This document shows positions 42,823 through 50,889 of a DNA stretch of 64,000 nt, one piece after another; position 1 is the first letter of the stretch; every line of letters begins with the position of its first letter. The notes below the pieces were generated by a model. That model was not told where the DNA came from. It saw only the letters and a list, made by a program, of their open reading frames with translations, and did not search any database. Both the position numbers and the translations under genes were made by a program. The stretch comes from Cyanobacteriota bacterium (lineage in GTDB: Bacteria > Cyanobacteriota > Cyanobacteriia > Thermostichales > Thermostichaceae), in assembly GCA_033764955.1 (NCBI GenBank), contig JANRIL010000032.1, positions 26,447 through 90,446 of the forward strand, read 5' to 3'.

Positions 42823-43081
42823 GATTCAGACATGAATAAAGCAGACTGATCGTAACTCAGGATCAACTCCATTCTCAGGGTGGGTGGGAGACCCATCACC
42901 ATCGAGGTGAAATCACAGGGTGGGTGAGTGGGATGAAAATAGGGGATCCCCAGTTGGGCTGAACACCCCCTCTGCCGCCCCTTTTGGGAATCGTGGAGAA
43001 GGGTGTTATGGTGAAGCGACGGCTATTTTTGATGGCTGAGCAAAGCGGAGCGGATAATTTTGGTAGGGGAGAGGGATCCCG

Positions 43082-43441
43082 ATGCAAATTTTAGGGCAGT
43101 TATCCGAGTTTTCTCGCACCTACTGTGTTTCTATCTGCGCTGTCATGGTGAGTGCGAACGTGATGGCAAGTTTACAAACTCTCTTCTGGGTGGGAGGGCA
43201 GCGTCCCTTTCCCCAAATTGGCTGGATGGCGGGGGTGGCCACTTTCTATGCCCTGGTGATGATGGCGCATGTTGCCACCTGGCTGAGTATTGGGGTAATT
43301 ATGCCCCCCACCTTTATCCTGTTAGGGTTTGGCAGCTTGTGTTTGTTGACCAATGCCTGGGCGGTTTTCCATCCGGTTAGCTTGCAGCGATTTTTGCGCT
43401 ATCTGCTGGCTAAAGTCCGACCCACGGCGATTGCCTCTTAA
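43082..43441 (+). CDS. Hypothetical membrane protein
   Basis: 119 aa with three hydrophobic segments. Confidence 0.65.
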   Translation: MQILGQLSEFSRTYCVSICAVMVSANVMASLQTLFWVGGQRPFPQIGWMAGVATFYALVMMAHVATWLSIGVIMPPTFILLGFGSLCLLTNAWAVFHPVSLQRFLRYLLAKVRPTAIAS

Positions 43442-43589
43442 GATAATTGAGGATCCGCGTGGACATTTCCTGTTTGCACGCCCTTTAGAGGCAACCCATC
43501 AGGCAAAAGGCCAGACAAATAGAATTAACCGATACAAATTACCTATGCTATCTCCGCTCTAATCGCAGTGATCCCTGGCGGGGCTATGT

Positions 43590-44702
43590 ATGCGGAAGCG
43601 CAATCTTGAGATAGCCGAAATTTCTACTCACCGATCGGCAAAGCCCTTGCAAGGATCGTTGCAACGAGTCTACGTGGGGCTACTTTTTTTTGTAGGCACA
43701 CTGCTGGTTGCCATAACGGGGTATATGGCAGCAGGCTGGAGCCTTTTGGACTCTCTTTATATGGTGGTGATCACCATTTTTGGCGTGGGGTATGGAGAAG
43801 TCCGCCCTATTACTGAGCCAGGTTTACGAGTTTTCACAATACTAGTGATTATCGCCGGAACTTCCGCATCGGTTTATACCATTGGTGGTTTTGTTCAGAT
43901 GATCACCGAAGGGGAAATTCATCAAGCTCTGGGAGCAAGACGTATGAGTCGAGGTATTGAAACCCTCAATCAGCATGTAATTATTTGTGGATTTGGCCGG
44001 ATTGGACAAATTTTGGCAAGAGAGTTGACAGGAGCAAAACAGCCATTTGTTGTGATTGATAATAAACAAGAAAAAGTAGATCAGGCTATAGCTTTGGGGT
44101 ATTGGACTAAGCTAGGAGATGCCACCCAAGAGGAGGTTTTGCAGTCGGTTGGCATCGATCGTGCCCAGGTTTTAGCTACTGTTTTACGCAATGATGCTGC
44201 CAATGTTTTTATTACCCTCACGGGTCGTAGCCTCAACCCCAACTTGATGATTGTGGCACGGGGAGAATTTCCCTCAACCGAGAAAAAGCTCCTACAAGCA
44301 GGAGCAGATCACGTGGTATTGCCCACAGCCATTGGCGGTCTGCGAATAGCTCATTTAATTACCCATCCGGCGGCAGTTGAGTTCCTCAATCAACAAGTTT
44401 CTCGCAGCCTCCTAAACGAACAACTCACCCAAATTGGGATCCAATTAGTCAATATCGATATTCCTGAGGGATCCCCGTTAGTGGGTCAAACCTTGGGCTA
44501 TTTGGAGGTGCGCGGAAAAAGCACATTTTTAATTGTTGCTCTGCGCCGTGCCGATGGTAGCGCGATTTCCGATCCGGGTCATGAGCTACTCCTGCAAGGG
44601 GGAGATAGTGTGATTGTGATTGGTCGTAAGGATGATATTCCGCAATTTGTCCAACGCTACCAAACCAAAAAGGAAATCAAATTTCGGGGGGCACAAGCCT
44701 AA
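43590..44702 (+). CDS. Potassium channel with RCK (TrkA-N/C) domains
   Basis: Pore motif TIFGVGYGE; RCK motif IICGFGRIG; AGADHVVLP. Confidence 0.92.
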   Translation: MRKRNLEIAEISTHRSAKPLQGSLQRVYVGLLFFVGTLLVAITGYMAAGWSLLDSLYMVVITIFGVGYGEVRPITEPGLRVFTILVIIAGTSASVYTIGGFVQMITEGEIHQALGARRMSRGIETLNQHVIICGFGRIGQILARELTGAKQPFVVIDNKQEKVDQAIALGYWTKLGDATQEEVLQSVGIDRAQVLATVLRNDAANVFITLTGRSLNPNLMIVARGEFPSTEKKLLQAGADHVVLPTAIGGLRIAHLITHPAAVEFLNQQVSRSLLNEQLTQIGIQLVNIDIPEGSPLVGQTLGYLEVRGKSTFLIVALRRADGSAISDPGHELLLQGGDSVIVIGRKDDIPQFVQRYQTKKEIKFRGAQA

Positions 44703-44770
44703 TTGGGGTATTTACCAAGATAGGGAGGTGCTCCGCCCATAGCACCCCCCTTACCATGATTGTTGTTTTC

Positions 44771-46300
44771 TTAGGGTTGCGGGTCAGCGATCAACTGAGC
44801 TTGCAGGCGGCGGGCGTGCTCAATATCGGTGAATGATCCCGTCCCTGTGGCCTGCCAGAGCAACAAAGCACTGTTGAGATCCCCCAAAATCAAGGGAGTG
44901 GCGGATCCCATGTTTAGCCTAGCTAAGGCTCGATAGTAGTAGGGATCCGGACGATAGGGTAGCCGTTCAATCGCCTCCGAATAGTCCGCGAAAGCCTCTG
45001 ACCACTGTTGCCGTGCTGCCCAAACTTGTCCCCGCAGCCAATAGGCTTCCGCTAGGGATCCCGTTTGGTTTTTCTGCAATCCGCTCTGGATGGCTTGGTT
45101 CGCATAGTGATGGGCGGCGGGCAGGTGCTCTTTCTGCATGAGAAGTTTGACCCACTCTAAGGTCAACGGCGGCAGTTGAGGATTGAGGGTAGCAAACATC
45201 TGCAAATCCTGTTCCGCCAAATCTAGCTCTCCCATCCGTCGATAAACCTGGCTACGCAGCCAATAGGCTTCAGCCAGTTGGGGATCCAGGGCAATAGCAA
45301 TGTCGAGATCTCGCCGCGCCGCTGCTAGATTGTGGGTAATCGCGGTGGCATCACTGGGCTGAGGGCGATGGGATCCCTCCAGGGATTGATGCCAGAAATG
45401 GTGGGCACGCTTCAGATAGTAAGAGGCGTCATCAGGAGCCTGCTGAACTTGCTGATTCAGTTGCTGCCCATAATCGACGTTGGCTTGTGAGCGATGGGTG
45501 GGTCGGGCGGCGATGGCTGTGGGGGGAAAGGTAGCTGTTGTGGAGGGGATCCCAACATTGGCCTCGGTCTGCCAAGTCAGGGTTGACTCTTGTTGCTTCA
45601 TCTGCCGCCATGCGCGGATCTGATAGGCTTGGTTACGAGCCACCCGTGCCTCTTCCCTTTTTCCCATAACCGCTGCTAAATCAGCACGATGTTGCCACAA
45701 CTCCGCCGACAGCGGATCATTCCACAACCCCGTCATCAGCGTGGCTTGAGCGGCTTGGGGATCCCCCATCTGCTGCTGCATGTCTGCTAGGGCTTGCCGT
45801 AGGGCAATATGGTTGGGATCGATAGCCAGGGATTGCTGGGCATCGGCACTAGCTGCTGCCAAATCACCCTTGAGGGCATAGGCTTGTGAGCGGAGGTGAT
45901 AAATGCGCGGGTTCTGGGGATCGAGAGCAAGCGCCTGAGTGAATTTGACAATGGCACAATGGCAATTGCCAGCAGCGAGATAGGCTTCCCCCCACTCCAC
46001 CCACAAATCAGCCGATTCAGGAGATTGGGCGACCACTCCGGCATAAAGCTGAATCGCCTTAGCATGGGATCCCTCTGCCATAGCCAGACGAGCCTGCTCT
46101 AGCCCTGATTTTTGAGTATCCTGTTTTAAACTTTCAAAATCCGCTTGCGGAAAACCAGACTGGGGTTGAGCAGCTTCACCAACAACCGCAGACTCTTTTT
46201 GCCCAGACTCAACTTGATTAGAGGAGGGTAATGCTTTCCACAAACAAACGCCAGCAACAAGGGAAAATGCCAGCAAAAGATTCGGCCTGAATAGCATCAT
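44771..46300 (-). CDS. Tetratricopeptide repeat protein
   Basis: Multiple TPR units (AEAYWLR..., AIALDP); signal-like N-terminus. Confidence 0.85.
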   Translation of the reverse strand: MMLFRPNLLLAFSLVAGVCLWKALPSSNQVESGQKESAVVGEAAQPQSGFPQADFESLKQDTQKSGLEQARLAMAEGSHAKAIQLYAGVVAQSPESADLWVEWGEAYLAAGNCHCAIVKFTQALALDPQNPRIYHLRSQAYALKGDLAAASADAQQSLAIDPNHIALRQALADMQQQMGDPQAAQATLMTGLWNDPLSAELWQHRADLAAVMGKREEARVARNQAYQIRAWRQMKQQESTLTWQTEANVGIPSTTATFPPTAIAARPTHRSQANVDYGQQLNQQVQQAPDDASYYLKRAHHFWHQSLEGSHRPQPSDATAITHNLAAARRDLDIAIALDPQLAEAYWLRSQVYRRMGELDLAEQDLQMFATLNPQLPPLTLEWVKLLMQKEHLPAAHHYANQAIQSGLQKNQTGSLAEAYWLRGQVWAARQQWSEAFADYSEAIERLPYRPDPYYYRALARLNMGSATPLILGDLNSALLLWQATGTGSFTDIEHARRLQAQLIADPQP

Positions 46301-46440
46301 AGGTTAACGCCGCAGAGGATGAGGATGGGAGGATGCCACCAGGGTAGTCGCTCCCGAAAGCATCTGTCCAGGCAGATCCCCTCTTGATTTCACCAGTTCT
46401 CACTAGTCCTTTTGGATCTCTGTGGACTTAGGGTTGCAGA

Positions 46441-46686
46441 CTAAGCTTGACGACCTTGCCGCCGTCGATCCCCAATCCCACAATCTCCACAACATTCCGG
46501 ACGCTTAAAATCATCCCAGTGAAGGCAGGCTCGACATCCCTTGGTCATTTCTGGCCAACGTTCTTGAATGAGTAATTGTCGTAATTTAACGTCTTGGGAT
46601 TCCGAAAAATGAGATTGTGATTGTGACCGTTCCATAACCCAACTCTGAAGCTCTTCCTCCGGTATAAGAGGTTTTATTGACGGCAT
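46441..46686 (-). CDS. Possible small Cys-rich protein (81 aa)
   Basis: Internal ATG of the 162-aa ORF; CRAC...CCGDC motif. Confidence 0.3.
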   Translation of the reverse strand: MPSIKPLIPEEELQSWVMERSQSQSHFSESQDVKLRQLLIQERWPEMTKGCRACLHWDDFKRPECCGDCGIGDRRRQGRQA

Positions 46687-46951
46687 TCTCAAACATTGGT
46701 ATGGCTTAAGAATTGAATTAGGTAGAGCTAATGAAATAAGGAAATGACCTATAAAATTTTGCACAAACAATGCAACAGGATAACATCTATAAATAAATGC
46801 TAAGAAATAAGTCGCAATTGTTATCGTGATCTCAGGATCCCCTGATGGAAGATGAGTTAGGCGTGGGATGGGAAATAGGGATAGGGATCCAAACCCTACG
46901 AATGGATCCCTGTGGATCCACGTAGTCAATCTTACTTAATCAGGATCCCAA

Positions 46952-47115
46952 TGGATCTAATCGGAATCGAACCGATACCTGCCCTGTGAGAGTCTCACTC
47001 ACACCTCATGCAAGTTTACAAAGCGTCTCTGTTTCTTCCTAACAAGAAGGTATGTAAGCTTTGTGGATCTGGGCACGAGTTGGTTATGGGCGCTCTACCC
47101 TAGAGCTATAGACCC
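46952..47115 (-). ncRNA. tRNA-like RNA (164 nt) with a G3:U70 acceptor and a 103-nt structured insert replacing the anticodon loop
   Basis: Acceptor GGGUCUA/UAGAUCC-A, D arm GCUC/GAGC, T arm AUCGG-UUCGAUU-CCGAU; no anticodon loop. Confidence 0.8.
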
Positions 47116-47222
47116 CAAAAATGTCAATGGATAGGATGAATTGCTTTTTATCAATACAACGGTAAATGATTGAACCCATTGAACAAAACCTGAGTCAGTC
47201 TTAACCACTCACCGAAGTGGAG

Positions 47223-47296
47223 ATGCGAGGGCAGGGCTTGAACCTGCAAACTCCTGGTTCAGAGCCAGGTGACTTTACCAATTCGTCTACCTCGCA
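47223..47296 (-). tRNA. tRNA-Gln(CUG), atypical; CCA not encoded
   Basis: UGCGAGG/CCUCGCA acceptor; CCUGG-CU-CUG-AA-CCAGG anticodon arm; GCAGG-UUCAAGC-CCUGC T arm. Confidence 0.85.
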
Positions 47297-47332
47297 GCCA
47301 AGTGGGGGCTAGCAAACCCGTTTGTGATGGGA

Positions 47333-47406
47333 TCCTCTCGACGGGACTTCAACCCGCAATCTTTGCTTTGAAGGAGCAATGGCTTAGTCGTTTCGCCTAC
47401 GAGAGG
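47333..47406 (-). tRNA. Aberrant tRNA-Glu(UUC)-like gene or pseudo-tRNA
   Basis: CCUCUCG/CGAGAGG acceptor; UUGCU-CC-UUC-AA-AGCAA arm with C33; T loop UUGAAGU; D loop lacks GG. Confidence 0.65.
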
Positions 47407-47516
47407 AGGAGCATTCCCTTAACAAAATACATGAGCAGTTAGCAAAAAACGAATCAACTATTTTCTCATCCATCAAACCAACCCATCAAATAGCTAGGTT
47501 ATTTAGGGATCCATCA

Positions 47517-47714
47517 TCACAAAAATAAAGCATGTTGCATTAAATATTGATGGCGAATCTTTTCCATTTCTAGGATGGCTTGAGCATGAGCTTGTTTAGC
47601 CAGTTGAGCTTGTTGGAGTTGCTCGGCCTGCTCTTGCTGCTTTTCTCGTGCTTTCTGTAGAGTGACTTGGTAGAGAATCCACTCGGATAGAGAGATTGTT
47701 TTTTGGACGAGCAT
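47517..47714 (-). CDS. Small hypothetical helical protein (65 aa)
   Basis: MLVQKTISLSEW...; Gln/Ala-rich coiled-coil; co-oriented with the operon. Confidence 0.55.
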   Translation of the reverse strand: MLVQKTISLSEWILYQVTLQKAREKQQEQAEQLQQAQLAKQAHAQAILEMEKIRHQYLMQHALFL

Positions 47715-48044
47715 AATATTTCCCTGAAACTCACTTCCTATGCAAATACTACAAATGTAATATGCCATTGTCAAGCTCCCAAAATTAAAAAAGGTCATAG
47801 ATATCATGAATAATTTAGATGGTGCTTAGGTGATTCTAAAACCAAGTTAGTTGGCTGATTATCCATGCAAAAATCTGATCGATATGAGGATCGATCAAGC
47901 CAACTTATTCATGAAAAACTCTCGATCAATAGTGAATTTTTGACTCAAATAGGGATCCCTTTTCTTCGCCGTGGAATAGCTCCTAACCATTGGGCGGAGC
48001 GAAGGGATCCCTTAGGTAACAGACAAGGAAACGAATGGATTGGT

Positions 48045-48425
48045 CTAGTTGTCGGGGGAATGGGTCATCATGGCTGTAGATCCTTCTGACAGTTGCCATA
48101 ACTGAAGAAGTTGTGCTTCTACAAGATGATCCAGAGCATCACAGACAAAAACACCTTCGGATCCCTGGGCATTACTGGATATCCACATTCCCTCTAAGCT
48201 GACCTCCAGATAATCGGTGTCACAAATATCGAGATCAATTTGTTCGGCAAGAGTTTCCAGCCCAGGCAAATCCGCAGGTAGCAGGAAGGAAGCCGCACTA
48301 CTTTCTATGACGAAAGGTTGATCTAGGCAGGCTGACAGAGATTGACGGATTGCTAACCAATCCTGCAAAGACTCCGCCACAATTTCAAGATAAATTCCAG
48401 TTTCGGTGTAGATCAATTTCAACAT
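48045..48425 (-). CDS. Alr0857-family protein
   Basis: MLKLIYTETG...LE, ASFLLPADLP, EVSLEGMW, EGVFV motifs recognised from this cyanobacterial family. Confidence 0.75.
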   Translation of the reverse strand: MLKLIYTETGIYLEIVAESLQDWLAIRQSLSACLDQPFVIESSAASFLLPADLPGLETLAEQIDLDICDTDYLEVSLEGMWISSNAQGSEGVFVCDALDHLVEAQLLQLWQLSEGSTAMMTHSPDN

Positions 48426-48449
48426 AAATATATGATCCTTTCCTCACAC

Positions 48450-48968
48450 TTAAGGATGGTGATGATAATGGTCACGCCAAAACAATTCAGCAAAAGCAAC
48501 CGTGGGATGCATGGGAGCTTTGGGTTTGGTCAATAAGGGCATGGCAGCTTGTTCGGGGGTGCGGTTACCTTTGCGCTGGTTACAGGTTTCGCAAGCGGTA
48601 ACAAGGTTTTCCCAGGTATCTCTGCCCCCTTGCGAAAGTGGAATGACATGATCCAGAGTGAGGTGATGACCACAACCGCAGTATTGGCAGGTGTGGTGGT
48701 CTCGCCTAAACACGTCGCGGCGGTTGACCGCCGGAACCCTCCAGCCCCGTTCGCACCCTCTGGTCAGGAGGCGAATGTGTTCGGGAACCTCCAGCACCTG
48801 ATGGGCAGAACGGATCCGCCAGATCGGAACATTCATCAGTAGGAGGGGTTCGGCTTTGCCCGTCAGCAAAAGAACAATCGCCCGCTTGATGGGGATCCGG
48901 GTGATGGGCAAATAGTTTGGCGAAAAAACCACGATGGACGCTTGCAAAAAATGAGTGGCTACGGTCAT
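48450..48968 (-). CDS. HNH endonuclease (McrA-like)
   Basis: [11 protein letters not shown]...[13 protein letters not shown]...[25 protein letters not shown]. Confidence 0.93.
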   Translation of the reverse strand: MTVATHFLQASIVVFSPNYLPITRIPIKRAIVLLLTGKAEPLLLMNVPIWRIRSAHQVLEVPEHIRLLTRGCERGWRVPAVNRRDVFRRDHHTCQYCGCGHHLTLDHVIPLSQGGRDTWENLVTACETCNQRKGNRTPEQAAMPLLTKPKAPMHPTVAFAELFWRDHYHHHP

Positions 48969-48985
48969 GGTTCGCTCCTCAACGT

Positions 48986-49019
48986 AAAACCCCCGCTTCG
49001 TGGGTGTGAAGCGGGGGTT
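48986..49019 (-). terminator. Attenuator terminator between the leader ORF and the HNH gene
   Basis: AACCCCCGCTTC-N8-GAAGCGGGGGTT 12-bp stem ending in UUUU. Confidence 0.75.
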
Positions 49020-49040
49020 GAGAATAAACGGATTCTCTTC

Positions 49041-49292
49041 CTAGATGGGTACAGCTAGCCTGTACCTCCCGCTTTGTGTAAAGTATGGTTTGCCGCCATC
49101 GGGCTTGCCGAAGAAGTTGCTAGTCATAGACCACCCACGATGGGAAATGGGGGCTTGAATCGGGTAAGTCGTAGCCATGCCAGCAGCCGTTCTGGTTAGT
49201 GCCGCTATCTCCAATGCCAACATGCCTACACTCTCACTGCCGAGGCAGAGGGAGATAGGAGATGAAAGCAGGCGGAGAAGCAGAAGGCTCAT
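49041..49292 (-). CDS. Putative leader peptide (83 aa)
   Basis: GAGGAG RBS before the ATG; its 3' end carries a sequence complementary to the terminator's 5' arm. Confidence 0.55.
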   Translation of the reverse strand: MSLLLLRLLSSPISLCLGSESVGMLALEIAALTRTAAGMATTYPIQAPISHRGWSMTSNFFGKPDGGKPYFTQSGRYRLAVPI

Positions 49293-49334
49293 GACACTCT
49301 CCTCAAGAGGAGGATGATAAGGTTAATTGCGCTT

Positions 49335-49364
49335 ATACTACACTGGTATTACAGGGCTTGTCTA
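49335..49364 (-). promoter_or_regulatory. Putative sigma70 promoter with an overlapping repeat operator
   Basis: TAGACA-N18-TAGTAT; GTAATAC-CAGT-GTAGTAT repeat overlaps the -10. Confidence 0.5.
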
Positions 49365-49478
49365 GTCTTTTATCCAGAAATATCTAGAAAAATATCCAGA
49401 AATTTTTTTGCCTTTTTTCACGAGCCAATTGGTTCAGAGAAGATTGAGCCGGATTACGCTAAGTCACCTGAGGGGGCA

Positions 49479-50801
49479 TTAAGGCTGAAGGGGATCCCGG
49501 ATGGATAGCCAGTCTTGCCCCACTTTGATGGTGATATCCGAGTCAAGGGTTCCTGTAGACTCGACGATGGTTTGCCCTAGACCCAACAAAGACTGTACTT
49601 CTAAAGCTCCTTGTAAATCTCCTTGCTGAGCAATGATCTGGGTCTGCTCAAGCATTTGGTGGGCATCTTCGACAGCAAACACCGAGGTAAAGCCTTTGTT
49701 GCGTAGTTCCTGAGCCATCTTACGGGCTATCTCCGCTTGTCCGGTCGCGTTTTGAACGGCAATCCGCAGGCGATTCGGGGGGGTGGGCAACAGGTCTCCC
49801 TGGCTGGGTTGAGCGTCAAAATAGTTGACGGCAATTTGATAGACCCCCTCTGGGTCGGGGAGCCAATAACTGGTGGAGTATTCGTAGGGCTGGCTAAATC
49901 GCCCCGGCAGCAAGACCATATCTAGGCTATCTTGCCCGGAGGTAAGCATAAATTTGGCTAAAGAGAGCAGCTCTTCCCAGGTGAGGTTGGTGTCAAGATT
50001 ATCTCGCACCGCTTGAAGAATGACGGGCGCTTTTGCCCAGGTGGTTGGTTTGAGCAGTTCTAGGCTGAGGGCACGCATGAGTTGCTGTTGCCGTTGCACC
50101 CGCCCGATATCGCCGAGGGCATCTTGGCGGAACCGAACAAATTGGTGGGCTTGTTCCCCATTTAACCGCTGCAAGCCCGGTTCGAGATCAATATAGAGTT
50201 TTTGGGTGACATCGGTATATTTCATCCGCTCCGACACATAGACTTCTACACCCCCCACCGCATCGATTAGGGCGGCAATGCCTTGGGAGTTGAGGCGGAC
50301 GTAGCGATCAATTGGGATGTCTCCTAGCATCTGACTGACCACCCGTGCTGTTAGAGCCGGACCACCTAAGGCATGGGCAGCGTTAATTTTTTGGGTTCCA
50401 TAGCCGGGGATGGGCACACGGGTATCGCGGGGAATGGAAAGCAAAGCAATTTTGTTGGAGTCAGGATTAAATCGGACAAACAGCAAGGTATCACTCCGCA
50501 CAGGTAGGTTGGAGTGGCTGGTTTGTTGATCCTCTTCAGAATCAATGCCATCCACACCGAGCACCAAAATATTCAGGGAGTAGTCGAGGGAGGCTGCTCG
50601 TAGCTGATCATCCCGAAAAGCGCTCTTGTCTGCGGGGGAGAGGATCTGTGGCATGATCTGTTGAGGCAATAACACCGCCACTAAAGCGCCTGCTGTTCCG
50701 GCAAAAACCGCCGTAAAACCAAACAGCAACCACAATAGCCAATGCTCAAAAGCGAAAGAACGAGGGGATCCAGCGCGGCGAGGGTGAGGGAAGGATGACA
50801 T
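49479..50801 (-). CDS. LCP (LytR-CpsA-Psr) family protein with LytR C-terminal domain
   Basis: NILVLGVD, RSDT, SIPRDT, KINAA, RFRQD..GDIGRVQRQQ, VQNATG. Confidence 0.92.
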   Translation of the reverse strand: MSSFPHPRRAGSPRSFAFEHWLLWLLFGFTAVFAGTAGALVAVLLPQQIMPQILSPADKSAFRDDQLRAASLDYSLNILVLGVDGIDSEEDQQTSHSNLPVRSDTLLFVRFNPDSNKIALLSIPRDTRVPIPGYGTQKINAAHALGGPALTARVVSQMLGDIPIDRYVRLNSQGIAALIDAVGGVEVYVSERMKYTDVTQKLYIDLEPGLQRLNGEQAHQFVRFRQDALGDIGRVQRQQQLMRALSLELLKPTTWAKAPVILQAVRDNLDTNLTWEELLSLAKFMLTSGQDSLDMVLLPGRFSQPYEYSTSYWLPDPEGVYQIAVNYFDAQPSQGDLLPTPPNRLRIAVQNATGQAEIARKMAQELRNKGFTSVFAVEDAHQMLEQTQIIAQQGDLQGALEVQSLLGLGQTIVESTGTLDSDITIKVGQDWLSIRDPLQP

Positions 50802-50889
50802 GCGTTAGATCGGAACCTCTAGGTAAGTTCGGTGCAAATTTTGACTGCGGAATGTCAAAGTTATCTTATCCCATGACCTGAAATAGTCT

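Noticed and set aside
46687..46929. 5' extension of the 162-aa ORF
   Set aside because: TTG start running through palindrome-rich and AT-rich promoter-like DNA; not protein-like.
46985..47087. Group I/II intron or hammerhead ribozyme inside a tRNA
   Set aside because: 103 nt is too short for a self-splicing intron, there is no CUGANGA core, and excision does not obviously restore a 5-bp stem with a 7-nt anticodon loop.
47333..47406. Reading as a UCA (Sec/opal suppressor) tRNA
   Set aside because: Centring the loop on UCA breaks the anticodon stem; the UUC register gives 5 perfect pairs, and there is no long variable arm.
48450..48968. HNH protein as a Cas9/IscB-like RNA-guided nuclease
   Set aside because: Only 172 aa, with no RuvC motifs and no CRISPR array nearby.
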